The translations under genes were made by a program, and so were the position numbers. Below are positions 10,745 through 22,899 of a DNA stretch of 36,996 nucleotides, in pieces (position 1 is the stretch's first letter; each line of letters opens with the position of its first letter). This DNA is from Octopus sinensis. Its lineage: Eukaryota. The stretch spans positions 1 to 36,996 of the forward strand of contig NW_021826223.1 of the NCBI RefSeq assembly GCF_006345805.1, read 5' to 3'. The notes below the pieces were generated by a model that was given only the letters and a program-made list of their open reading frames with translations, was not told the DNA's origin and did no database searches.

Positions 10745-11540
10745 CAAGGTCGACTTTGCCTTTCATCCTTTCGAGGTCGATAAATTAAGTACCAGTTGCG
10801 TACTGGGGTCGATCTAATCGACTGTTCCCCCTCCCCCCAAATTTCAGCTCTTGTGCCTAGAGTAGAAAAGAATATTATCATCCCCAACATTAAGGCAGCG
10901 AGGAGAAATAATCATTAGCGCGCCGGGCAAAATGCTTAGCGGCATTTCGTCCGTCTTAAGATAGAGTCGACTTCGCCTTTCATCCATTCAGAGCCGAAAA
11001 AAGAAAAATATTAGTGGAACATTTGCATCGATGCAATCGATTTAACCCCACCCCTGATATTGCTGACCTGGTGCCAAAATTTGAAATCAATATTATCATC
11101 ACCAACATTAAGGCGGCGAGCTGGCAGAATCGTTAGCACGATGGTCGAAATGCTCAGCGGTATTTGGTCTGCCGCTATGTTCTGAGTTCAAATTCAGCCG
11201 AGTCGACTTTGCCTTTCACCCTTTCGGGGTCGATAACTTAAGTACTAATTGCATAGTGGGTTCGATCTAAATCGACTGGCCCCTGCCCCAAAATATCGGG
11301 CCTTGTGCTTAGAGTAGAAAAGATTAAAGTAGCGAGCAAATAGACGCATTAGCTCGTCGGGTAAAATACCCAGCGGCATTTCGACCGCCTGACAGACGGA
11401 GCTGAAGCTTCACCGAGGTTGACTTTGCCTTTCATCCTTTGGGGTTCGATAAAGATAAGTCCCAGTTGAGCCCTGGGGTCGATGTAATCGACTTAGATCT
11501 CTCCACCGAAATTGCTGGCCTTGTGCCAAAATTTGCAACT
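10745..11540 (+). mobile_element. Head-to-tail array of SINE type A copies and fragments (~10745-10875, 10890-10990, 11020-11095, 11110-11322, 11326-11540)
   Basis: Repeated gtcgactttgcctttcatcc...ggggtcgat...aatcgact body and tRNA-like heads, all on the + strand. Confidence 0.85.
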
Positions 11541-11980
11541 ATCACCATCAACACCACCACTGCCGTCATTAGTACCACTATCACCACCACAAGTGCAACA
11601 ATCCTGTCAACACCACCACCACCACCACCACCACCACCACCACCACCACCACCATCACCACCATCACCACCACCACCGCTGCCGCCGCTGATGCCGTTGC
11701 AGCTACCGATTCCACCATCACAACTATCACCATCACCACGATGATCGTCGCTAACATCACTATTGCCATCATCACCGTCACAACCAACACTATCACCACA
11801 ACCACTGCAACCGCCGCCGTCACCACCACCACCACCACCGTCGCCGCCGCCGCCAGTACCACGTTCGCTGCAATTACATCCATTGTCACCGCAACCACCT
11901 CCACAACCGCCAAGGCAATAACCGCCATAACCACCACAACTTTAACAACACACAACACCACCACAACCACCACCACCACC

Positions 11981-12028
<48 letters not shown>

Positions 12029-12300
12029 ACCACCATAACTTCCACGACGACTACCACAATCCCTACAACAATAATAGCCGCCGCAACTACCATAACAACC
12101 AACACCACCACCACCACCACAACCACCACCACAACCACCACCACAACAACAACAACAACAATGACCACCATAACTTCCACGACGACTACCACAATCCCTA
12201 CAACAATAATAGCCGCCGCAACTACCATAACAAACCAACACCACCACCACCGTTACAACAACAACAACGACAACAAAAACACCCACCCCCGTACCATCAC
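11540..12300. repeat. (CAC)/(CAA)-rich cryptic triplet repeat with an internal 135-bp-period duplication
   Basis: atgaccaccataacttccacgacgactaccacaatccc... occurs at 12026 and 12161. Confidence 0.85.
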
Positions 12301-12789
12301 ATCCTATTAACGTAAGTGGTATGCTGTAATTAGGATCAGAGTCAATATCATAATTAGGAAAACTTATTGATTAGTTTCTCAGCCGATAATTGATAATTGT
12401 GATAATGTTGTTGTTGTTGACATAGTTAGTAGTTGTTGTTGTTGTCGTTTAGTTCTAGGTGAGCCCTGAATGAAAGTTCTATGATCAAAATCAAACCAGC
12501 CATCACGTCCTTTTATCTCGGGTTCTATTATATAGAGGTCATGGATAGACTGCGACCCCGTGGGATTTTCTGAATGGTACGCCGAATATAAAATTACCTT
12601 GAAATTGCTTTAGTAATGCGGTCCGCTTGATGATGTGTCACGCCGCCTGTTTCTCGAAGAAGGCTGCCCATGGCTGACATAGAACTAACCATATCCCTCA
12701 TTTCTTGAAACACTAGCGTGCATTTTTGAGGGGGTTTTAGATGGTGTTTCTAGTGTGTCAAGCGACCACGCAGCGGACTCTATTGTTGG

Positions 12790-13100
12790 ATCAACAGTTG
12801 TTTTGTTTTTGTGGTTGTTGTTGAAGTTGTATTAGTTGTCATGGTGATAGTGATAATGGTGGCGGAGATAGTGGTGTTGGTCGGGGTTTCTAATGATTGT
12901 AGTGATAGTGGAGTTGTGATGTAGGAGTAGAAGTGGTGTTGGTAGTTGTGGATGTGGTTGTAGTGGTGTTGGAAGTTGCGGTGGTAATTGTGACAGTAGT
13001 ATCATGATGTAGCGATTGTAGTAGTGGAAGTAGTGTTAGTGGTTGTGGCGTTGATGGCAGTTGTCGTATTGGTAGCGGTTATAATGGTGGTATTAGTATT
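12790..13100. repeat. GTG/GTA-rich low-complexity tract
   Basis: Directly visible. Confidence 0.7.
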
Positions 13101-13101
13101 G

Positions 13102-13150
13102 AAAGGCGGCGAGCTGACAGAAACGTTAAATTCCGCCGAGGTCGACTTTG
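13102..13150 (+). mobile_element. Internally deleted SINE type A head
   Basis: ggcggcgagctgacagaaacgtt is joined directly to aaattccgccgaggtcgacttt. Confidence 0.7.
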
Positions 13151-13214
13151 GAAAGCACTCCAGCTCTGATCACCCCAATGATGATGATGACGAGGATGAC
13201 GATGATGATGTAAA

Positions 13215-13452
13215 ATACCTATTTCTTTACTACCCACAAGGGGCTAAACACAGAGGGGACAAACAAGGACAGACAAACGGATTAAGTCGATTATATCGAC
13301 CCCAGAGCGTAACTGGTACTTAATTTATCGACCCCGAAAGGATGAAAGGCAAAGTCGACCTCGGCGGAATTTGAACTCAGGACGTAGCAGCAGACGAAAT
13401 ATCGCTAAGCATTTCGCCCGGCGTGCTAACGATTCTGCCAGCTCGCCGCCTT
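13215..13452 (-). mobile_element. Full-length SINE type A (tail variant 1)
   Basis: Complete head, body and tail. Probable TSD tgatg(t/a)aaaatac at 13206-13218 and 13456-13468. Confidence 0.92.
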
Positions 13453-13499
13453 AATTGATGAAAAATACAGTAATAATATTACCACTGCTGATTATGATA

Positions 13500-13700
13500 A
13501 TGTTGATGGCTACGACGACGATAATAATGATGATCATGAGAAGAAGGAGGAGGAGAAGGAGAAGGGGAGGAGGAGGAGGAGGAGGAGGAAGACAGTGCAA
13601 GAAAAAGAAAATATGTGGTAGGAGAAGAAGAAGAAGACTAGAAGATGGAGGAGGAAATAGAGGGAGGACGATGTGGGAGAAAGAGAATGATGTGAAAGAA
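13500..13700. repeat. GAT/GGA/GAA purine-rich triplet repeats
   Basis: Directly visible. Confidence 0.75.
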
Positions 13701-15088
13701 TAAGGCTAGAAGATATTACAAAATTAAACAAAAAAAAAAGGGTAAGGCAACATAAAAAGGTCAATGCCAACACAATGACAGCAACATTAGCGTCCTTTTT
13801 TTAATATCATCAGCATTGTCTGCATCCTGTAAAAAAAACTGGGGTTAGAGAACTGATTGGGAAGAAATGGGATGAGGGAGTCTTTTAGAAACATTTGTCT
13901 TATGAGAGAATGATATAAAGTGCCGCCAGAGGGCGTACTGGTTAGCTGTGATTCAAAAAACAATATCATTGCAGTTTATTTAAGCAGGCGTTGAAGGAAA
14001 TTTGGGATTTCCTGTAAAAGTTACGATTTAAATAGAATATTTTCCAGGAAGAATTAATGGAGCCATCCCACCCCAAACCTGCAAATGGTTTCTTCCTTTC
14101 CCTTTTCTTTGAAGCTAACACATATACACAAGTTTGAAAAAAAATATGCGCTGCTGTGGCATATATTTGAAATCCCGTACATTGTTCATTTTACATGTGC
14201 TATTTTGAAAGAGGCACGGCGTATACGTACACATATTAAACAAACACAAAACTTACATATACATACACACACATGATTCTACTTTTCAATAATACATCGA
14301 TATGTTTCCCATAAGATCTAGCAATTTATCATCGTTATATACCTCATCCTCCGCTTCAACTACAACTTCCAGAAACTATTTCGTCTCATAATTTGCTTCC
14401 GTTATCGTATCTTCTTAATATATTTATTGTGAGGGTGGTAGAGTTGAAGAAATGGTAGAATTTAGAACAAAATCCTTATGTTAATTAGTTTAGGCCGTTT
14501 GCATACCATCATATATGTATTTGTTTGTATATATGTGTGTGCGTGTGTGTATGCATGCATGTATGTATGTGTGTATATATGTATGTACATATATATATGT
14601 ATATATATATATGAATTTATATTATATACATATTTCATATATATGAATATATGTATATGTATGTATGCATGTACACTTACAGATATATATAAAGTATCGA
14701 TTCCAGGTGAGAATGCAAACGATAAAGCTGTGGGAACGTGCATTTGTACGCGCAAGTACATCAGCTGTTGCGATCGATAATACGCGTACGCGAGAAAAAT
14801 GCACGTGCAGTTTGCGCAAAAAAAGCCGACTGGCTTGAAATAATGCCACAAAATGCAGTATATTTAAGAGACCAAAAAAGTAAGATGCAAAAGAGATATT
14901 TTCTTCAAACTTGGCATGAAGGAAGGAAAGACTTTTTTTTTGCCTTAACGTCGCTTAACAAAGCCAAAAATTTTATTGAAATAAAGACATGCTTAATTAT
15001 TTTATAATGAAAAGAAAACACTGATTCGTTTTTATTCAGCAGATATGATTCAGCACCGTCCACTGGACGGGGGTGGGGAGTTTTGCTC

Positions 15089-15124
<36 letters not shown>

Positions 15125-15225
15125 CAAATAAAATATTGCAATACAAATGTATTCCTTTTCAGTAAAATAAAGCACCGTAACGGTAGAAGTAGAAGTATAA
15201 ATATATGTTAGTGGTACAAGGCAGC

Positions 15226-15590
15226 AATATTCACTGGAAATAGCAGTCAATACTATTACGACACTGTAATAAAGCTTCACTGTTCTCGTTTTGTTAACGG
15301 TTAAACGTTCAGGCGAGTATACAGGCATTGATGTAGCAACATTTGAAATATTATCTAGGTAAATGCAGCTGATGAAGACTGATCAAACTTACGTTGTCAA
15401 ACGTATTTGAAGAGTCAGAAACCTAGGTACTGCATTATCCGATTCTGGGTTGTCCATTTATCTAATGTTCTTCCTAGAGGTAAGACAAATTTTTCAGGTT
15501 TGTTGCACACACACGTCTTTGTCAGTATATACGCAGTGAGCCTTTACTATAGCGTCGTAATTGTATCGACTGCTATTTCCAGTGAATATT
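15226..15590. repeat. 57-bp inverted repeats (15226-15282 / 15534-15590) flanking the hammerhead
   Basis: aatattcactggaaatagcagtc... versus ...gactgctatttccagtgaatatt. Confidence 0.85.
15362..15436 (+). ncRNA. Type I hammerhead ribozyme with long stem II
   Basis: AAUGCAG-CUGAUGA-a-GACU-ga-UCAAA-cu-UACGUU-guca-AACGUA-UUUGA-ag-AGUC-a-GAAAC-CUAG-GUA^CUGCAUU. Stem I is a perfect 7 bp; there is an A.A mismatch at the base of stem II. Confidence 0.8.
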
Positions 15591-16310
15591 AATCTATATA
15601 AATATATATTAATCTATGTAAATATATATATATAATTTAATATAAACAATTTACAAAAGCTACAGATAGCTTTATATATTGGCGATACAATACATTGGTA
15701 GATTTAGATAATATGCCAGACTCAGAGCATACCCTTTGATTAAAAAGTAGGATGCTAGTCTGAGAAAACATGAAGAAAAACGAGAAGATAAAACACGAAG
15801 AGGGTCGATGCAAAAACTGAAACGAGAAAGAAACGAAAAGAAAACCTATAATGGAACCATAAATCTAAATGCATATATATGTCTCTATACATGTGAGTGC
15901 TCACGTGTATGTGTATAGATGCATTCATATTATAATTGCTCTGGCTGGACAACCAAGCGTATGATTACAGGCATATTCGTAATTATCCAAGCTACTTTTT
16001 TTTTGTCAGCTTTTATATCTAAGATTACATCCTCCAGATATCCCTCTTTGAAGACCTGTTTGCGTCTCAACCAGATCGAGCAGCCAGTCTCAAGTTAACC
16101 TAATTGGGAATGAGCCGCATGCATATTATTCAGACATTGGCAGAATAACCTACTCTGCTAGAAATGGCTGACGATTTGTCTTGGCGAGGTTACATCTTAC
16201 TGCTAATACAGCATAAACAAATGCCGAGGATGTAGTTTAACAAGCGAGATCAATTAATGATAATGCAAACCCAGCCAGTGTTGGGGGGATGCTCTTTTCT
16301 ATATTAATTT

Positions 16311-16650
16311 TGTGCTTAAGAGGCTTGCTTCCCAACTACGTGATTCTAGGTTCAGTCCCACTGCGTGGCACTTTGGGAAAGTGTCTTCTACTATAGGTTC
16401 GGACACCGACCAAAGCCTTGTAAATGGATTTGGCTGGCAGAAACTGAATGAAGCCCGTCATATATATGCGCGCGCGCGTGTTTAACCCCCCCCCACAACC
16501 ACCACCGCTTGACAACCGGTGTTGGTGTGTTTGCGTTCCCGTAACAAAAGATCTAAAAAATAAGTCATGGGTCTGATTTGTTCGACTGAAAACCTTCAAG
16601 GCAGTACCCCAACATGGCCGCAGTCAAATGACTGAAACAAGTAAGAGGTA
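16311..16650 (+). mobile_element. Near full-length SINE type B
   Basis: Head (ggttcagtcccactgcgtggc), CORE-like ctttgggaaagtgtctt, short internal microsatellite and tail catggccgcagtcaaatgactgaaacaagtaa. Confidence 0.88.
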
Positions 16651-16999
16651 GAAGAATGGCTAACATTTGAATTGAGGGTCCTTTGAAGAACTAAACAAAG
16701 TAGAAGTTAACAATGACCTTTTAACTCGAGATGAGGGCCTCACTAAGCTCGAGAGCAAAACAGAAATAGAAAAATAAATTGCGGTTCGACGATGGGAAGC
16801 GATGTAGGATGAGGATCGATGGGAGTTTACTACAGGGTTGTTGATTGGCTGTTGATGCTGTTGTTGTTGTTTAGCAGCAGATCATTTCTGGTTGTGGAGA
16901 TCAATGATCACAGGCGTTGCTACTGATATTTTAAGGGACATCATTTCTTCTTTCGAGCAGGGGGCATGCTTGATTATCCTCCTGGGACAACAGTGGCAA

Positions 17000-17030
17000 C
17001 AATGACGACGACGACGTTGTTGATGTTGAA

Positions 17031-17074
<44 letters not shown>

Positions 17075-17108
17075 CGACGACGACGATGATGATGATGATG
17101 ATGATGAC

Positions 17109-17156
<48 letters not shown>

Positions 17157-17460
17157 GGTGATGATGACGATGATGATGATGATGATGGTGATGATGATAG
17201 TGGTGGTTCTGATGGAGTGATAATGATAGTGATGATGAATATGATGATGATGATGATGATGATGACGATGATGACGATGACGATGACGATGATGATGATG
17301 ATGATGATGATGAAGGTGATGATGATGATGATGATGATGATGACGATGATGATAGTGGTGGTTCTGATGGAGTTATAATGATAGTGATGATGACGACGGC
17401 GACGACGACGACAACGATGATAAAAATTATCCTTATTGTTGTTGTTGTTGTTGTAATCAT
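17000..17460. repeat. (GAT)n/(GAC)n triplet repeat with an internal ~153-bp-period duplication
   Basis: gatgatagtggtggttctgatggagt(g/t)ataatgatagtgatgatga occurs twice (~17195 and ~17348). Confidence 0.9.
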
Positions 17461-17641
17461 TATCTTTACTGTGTAGTATGTGTTAATACCATCGAAAGGT
17501 TTGAGCGTGACTTCGAAGTTTCAGCTTACTTGACCTCCTCTGACTGCTTAATGCTAACAATTAACCGAAACTAGGCCCGTGAGTATTTTTAAGTGTTTGC
17601 GTAAATGTGTTTGTATGTTTGTGTGCCATTTTGTGTACGTA

Positions 17642-17673
<32 letters not shown>

Positions 17674-18169
17674 TGTGTGTGTGTGTGTGACGCGCGCGCG
17701 CGTGTGTGTGTGCGCATGCGCTTAATGCAAACCAAAGAGAAAAATGCTTTGTGCTAAATATTGTAAAATATGTCCTCCTTAAGCGTCCGATCAGAATAAT
17801 AATAAAGAAAGCAGAAGCAAAAAACTTCACAATGGATATTTACGGACAAGAGACAACGATTTTAAAGCCCATTGATAAAACGACGAATCTTCGATCTAGT
17901 CTATTGGAATACAGCTAATAGACGCATTAGGTTTCGATTTGGCGAAAACACAAATGTATTTCTGTGGTTGAAATACTATAAGGGAAGATAACAATTTAAA
18001 TGTAGCGCGATTAAATAAGGGCTTCGATTATTTTGCACGGCAATTTTTGTCCACGAGCTAATTGATTGCAGCTCTGATTTGAGGGCTGTTGAATGAATAA
18101 GCCATTAGCAAGGATCAATGATATGCTTATACACATATACGTATATAGACAAATAGTTACATGAACAGA

Positions 18170-18172
18170 CAC

Positions 18173-18235
<63 letters not shown>

Positions 18236-18321
18236 CATACATACATACATACATACATACATACATACATACATACATACATACATACATAGACAGGCAT
18301 AATTTCGTGCATAAGCACTGG

Positions 18322-18365
<44 letters not shown>

Positions 18366-19095
18366 GCATATTTAAACACATACACAAGAGCTTGCACGCA
18401 TGCACACATACACATGCACGCACGCACATACACACACACACACGAACGCACGCATACACGGTCGTAACTCCTATCCCCATTACAACTTAAATGTCTAGAG
18501 AGATGGAGAGAGAGATGGAGAGAGACAGAGACAGACAAACTGAGAGAGAGAGAGAGACATTATGAAGATAGAAAGTAAGGAAGAATTAGTGAGTGTCCGT
18601 TGTATTTGCGTGAGGCAGGCGAGGTGGAGAGAGAATAGAAGAGCGCGATAAATAGAGCCGGAGAGAGCGAAGCGCGAAAATGAAGAAAGCGTGATAGCGC
18701 GAGAGAGATGAACACAGAGAGTGAGAGAGGGAGAGAGAGGTAGAGGAAAGAGAGCGAGAGAGTGAGAGAGAGTGCTGCAGATCAAGATATAGGCTGAGAG
18801 CGAACATGACCGAGATAGTGAGTGAAGCAGAGGTAGTAAGAGGAGGATAAGGTGAAAGAGAGAGAGGGAGATAGTGAATGATTACAAGTAAGAGAGAGCG
18901 ATGCACGCAAATGAACACACACACACACACAAATGAAGAATACACAAATATGTATAGAGGTGAGAGAAGCAGAGAGAAGCAGGGGGAGAAGTTTGTGAGG
19001 AGACATCAGAGGAGTAAAGAAAAGAAGGAGAGAGAAGGACAGGCGTAGCAGTTTGATAGAGAGACAGAAAGAGAGAGAGCGAGAGAGAGAGTGGG
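18170..19095. repeat. (GATA)n,(TACA)n,(TA)n followed by GA-rich low-complexity sequence
   Basis: Directly visible. Confidence 0.85.
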
Positions 19096-19406
19096 GGGAG
19101 TAGAATGAGTTAAAGCCGAAGGTATGGAAAGTACATAACAGAATTTATGCAAATATTAATATTGGCTGCTAATATATGATAATATAGCATAAATGGCCTC
19201 CCAAACCAGCAAATATCGGTGATAGTACACACGTACCCACACACACACAGACAGATATGTGTGTATACATTACATATACATGTATTTCTCTTTGTACACA
19301 TGTATATGTAATGTATACACACGCACACATAAATATATGCATATATATATATTTCGTTTTGGGATTTGGTTTACAGGATTCTTTATGTGAGTTCGTGTGT
19401 TGAAGC

Positions 19407-19684
19407 ATATTCTGTTGTGTCTGGGGGAGAGTCATTCTCTTTTAGTGCCTTATAAACTTAACACACTCACCGGTAAAATTTCCACTTATTTACTTATTTG
19501 TTTCTCTAAAATTTTCGTTGCGTCTTGCAACCTTTTCAATAGTTGTTGAGAGTCAACAACTATTGAGAAGGATGCAAGACGCAAGGAAATTTTAGGAAAA
19601 TAAAAATAAGATGATGTGTGGAAATTTTACCGACGAGTGTGTTAAATTATAAGGCACTAAAAGAGAATGACTCTCCCCAGACAT

Positions 19685-19694
<10 letters not shown>
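19407..19694. repeat. Fold-back palindrome, ~143 bp arms, 3-nt loop gag (19550-19552)
   Basis: ...caatagttgttga GAG tcaacaactattg...; the outer ends gtcattctcttttagtgccttata / tataaggcactaaaagagaatgac pair. Confidence 0.92.
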
Positions 19695-19715
<21 letters not shown>

Positions 19716-19820
19716 AAGTTAATCCAAACATGAAAATACTAAGAGAAAACTCAACAACGCGAGGACGTGGAACAAGTATAGTGTTATTGGACGCTCAGGA
19801 AAGGAAAGAAAGGATGAGAA

Positions 19821-19854
19821 TTTAACGTTTCGAGCGGAGCTCTTCGTCAGAAAC
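19821..19854 (-). ncRNA. Ultra-minimal hammerhead ribozyme within a PLE terminal fragment (~19717-19873)
   Basis: Minus strand: UUU-CUGACGA-A-GAGC-UCC-GCUC-GAAAC-GUU^AAA. Stem III has no loop, so it can only form in a dimer. Confidence 0.75.
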
Positions 19855-21102
19855 ATAGAAAAAGGAAACGTCCATATATATATATACTGTTATGGCTATA
19901 TGACTACAAAAGTCCCTCAGCAACCCAGAAACAAACAGAAACTTTGCGTCGTAAAGAAATCCTTGAAACAATGCTGGCTCAAAAACTACTGTTAATAAAT
20001 CGAGGCTTTAAGTCGAAAATAGCAGAGTAAGTCGAAGGAAGGGATCTCTTAGCTCGAGCGATTTATACCCTGCTCACGTGTATCTACATATATACGTCTG
20101 TGCGTGCCTGTATACACACATGCGTATATTTATCTAGACGAGTGCACACCAGCCTGTATCTCTTTTATCCCTTACATACGTTCACCAGACGTCATATACA
20201 TGTATGTATACAAAAGTGTATTTTGTCTATGTGTGTATAGATATGTATATAATCCATTTGTGTCTGTGTATGTGTGTGTGTCTACTGTCTATGCATCAAC
20301 ACCTACATATTTATGTGAACGACCTTCGTGCTATACACGACATCCTCCTCCATTTTTGCTTCCCAAACCCATCCTACTTACAAACCAACATATGGTTTTC
20401 GGTTGTACTAGTCAACATCACATCCTACACACCGCACTCCTCTTATAAACAAATTATTAAATTAGTAAATAAATAAACTATTAAATTAATCAACTTGAAA
20501 ATCAACAAACACCTTACCCATCTCTGCAGCACCCTACGCATACCCTGTTTCGTTCTACTCTGTTCTGTTACTTCCATTGTCTCTAAAACAAATTTACCTA
20601 CTCTAGAATACTCACGATCAAACCACACCGACGCTATCTAATTGCTTATACATATAACTTCTTTTCTTGTCTCTAGTCATAACCGCTCCTCAAAAGCTAA
20701 TTTGGATGCTCCCTCGGAAATTCACTTTCTTTTTTACACTTAAACCCTTTATAATATCCTCTCATTCTCCCTTTATTTGAGTACAGTTCCTCCTTTCCAA
20801 CAATATATTACCCACGGGTTGACAGATTAAACTCATGTAACTTCGTTGTCTAACGGCCAAAACAGACCTTTTTGTCCATTTGTACAACATCCAACTCAAC
20901 TGCATATACCACTCGCCACGCCCCAAACTAACGCATAGATAGATTCTGCCTACAGACAAAAACAAAATCTTCCCACACGCACCACACCACACATACACCA
21001 CACTAGCCCGATTCAAACTCATTCCCTAAAAGTACAAGCTTCATTTCCTAAAACTTTTGCCCTTATGCATTGACCCTTCCAATACCAAGATAACACACAT
21101 TT

Positions 21103-21157
<55 letters not shown>

Positions 21158-21212
21158 CCTGTATTATACGTTGATCCCTATACACACATATACACACAAT
21201 CACAAGTTCTCT

Positions 21213-21460
21213 TTTAGGATACAGGAAAGGAGCAACGTCAAGTCCTTGGCCAGCCAGGTATGGCACTTAAAAGTGGAAGGAACCCCATACATAAATGGAA
21301 GCTCCTTGAGAAATCAAGGGCTTAAATAAACGGGAACAAACGACATAAGCTTTGTGTAGTTGAGAAGGCAAGAATCCTAAATAAACTCACTCGATCCGGG
21401 GACCTTTTAAAACTCTAAGAAAGAAGTATTCAGTCAATTCCCTCATCTAAAACGCTTCCC
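21213..21460 (+). pseudogene. Penelope-like element GIY-YIG endonuclease C-terminus, frameshifted and stopped
   Basis: FRIQERSNVKSLASQVWHLKVEGTPY / WKLLEKSRA*INGNKRHKLCVVEKARIL...LLK...SQFPHLKRF matches the PLE pattern LS..W.LK..Y.I.W....A.Y.NG.K.C.LC..EK..I...LLN.R.E.....H (recalled, not searched). Confidence 0.75.
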
Positions 21461-21669
21461 ATTACAGACTTGGAATTCCCCTTCCGTTGAATAGCCCTGC
21501 CACATCTTCGAATATCACCGTGGCCAGAGTTTATATAATGGGGATAACTCTGTACAGCCCGCAGCACGGACAATTATCTTTTGCTTACGAAACCAACTGA
21601 CTGTTACGTATTTCTTCCTCCAGTTGTAGAGACGTTATGCGCATTCAGCCATTTGAGTCTGATAAGTCG

Positions 21670-21731
21670 CCTATACTGATGAGAGCTTTATAGGTATAAC
21701 GTTAAAAGTTATGACCGGCCATAACTTTTAA
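21670..21731 (+). other. Collapsed hammerhead remnant plus 12-bp hairpin downstream of the PLE endonuclease
   Basis: CCTATA-CTGATGA-gagctt-TATAGG keeps stem I and the 5' core but lacks GAAAC/GUH. It is followed by ttaaaagttatg-accggc-cataacttttaa. Confidence 0.4.
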
Positions 21732-21748
21732 CTTCCCAATATGTGTGT

Positions 21749-22190
21749 GTATGAGGTCGCCCTCAAACGCTATTGGTAACATATAATCCAGTAAATGGTC
21801 AGTTGTCGGTGACTAAACCAGCAACCCCACCAAGATTGCTTGGTAAGAAGGGTGAATATTGCATGATGAAGAAGAAAAACCGTCAAAGGGCTGACGAACT
21901 CATATGAGTCACCGTCTCTTCAACTGAGATCTGCTTTTCATCAGTTTCGTGGCACAACGACCGTTGCTATCGGCAGCAGCGAAAGGTGTGAATGGTCCCA
22001 CACAAGCAATTTCCACATTCAGCAAGTCACTATGTAGGTTGTCCAAGAGATTAGCTTACTCCACTTTTTTTATTAAGATCATCCTGTGTCCAATTCCGTG
22101 AGGAGGTCCATCATATATGAATGTAAACCTCATACCAAATGAAATTGACTTCATGTTTCAATCTCCGGTGAAGCTATAGGGCGATACACA
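21749..22190 (+). pseudogene. Highly decayed mariner-type transposase fragment
   Basis: One frame gives NRQRADELI*...EI...RKV*MVPHKQ (cf. N..RVDELIR...RKVCARWVPR). Downstream gtccatcat = VHH (cf. GDETWVHHYEP). A TA-tgaggtcgccctcaaa TIR-like start is present. Confidence 0.5.
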
Positions 22191-22399
22191 AACATTCAAC
22201 TATGATCGCATTGCATCTAATAGCAGAAGCAGCTGTAAACTAGAAAAGGTCATGACATCATTTCTTATTCCTTTGTCGTCCCAATTTCCTTTTACCGCTG
22301 TGTACTCTGTTGACACTTCGTTCTGAAGCATATCTATATCAAGTTCTAACACCAAGTTATTAGTATCGTTATACCTAAGCGAAATATATATATATATAA

Positions 22400-22465
<66 letters not shown>

Positions 22466-22494
22466 TTATATATAAATTTATATATAAAGATAGT

Positions 22495-22647
22495 ATCGAT
22501 ATTTAAATATCGATCCTATCAAGTGGCCAGCATGGGAATAAACAACATATAGCAGTCAAAACCTTGACCCGATATGAACATTTAAGGTGGTCTTTAGGGT
22601 CAAGGTTTTGACTGCTATTTCGGCATGGTGGTATCTGTCAGATACCC

Positions 22648-22655
<8 letters not shown>
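22495..22655. repeat. Palindromic module: 20-bp palindrome plus 22-bp inverted repeat
   Basis: atcgatatttaaatatcgat at 22495-22514; atagcagtcaaaaccttgaccc (22549-22570) / gggtcaaggttttgactgctat (22597-22618). Related pieces lie at ~23595-23730, ~24030-24270 and ~24490-24615. Confidence 0.85.
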
Positions 22656-22734
<79 letters not shown>

Positions 22735-22899
22735 GGATGACCTCTAAGTGGACATCCATTATGCTAGATGTAGATCCCATATGGTCTGACCACTAAGAAA
22801 AGATTGTTCTCAAGAAAATTCAGCAAACGCCAGAATGTAAGCGAGTAAGAAAATGAAAACATACAAAATATAAAGATTAGTCACAAACCCGGTTTCATT

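Noticed and set aside
11741-12310. 189-aa Thr-rich mucin-like ORF, and the antisense Val-rich and Cys/Gly-rich ORFs
   Set aside because: CAC/CAA triplet repeats are open in several frames on both strands. The tract directly follows SINE tails and has no splice or signal-peptide support.
16882-17460. His/Ser-rich 192-aa ORF and poly-Met ORFs (also 27775-28002)
   Set aside because: Translations of (GAT)n microsatellite.
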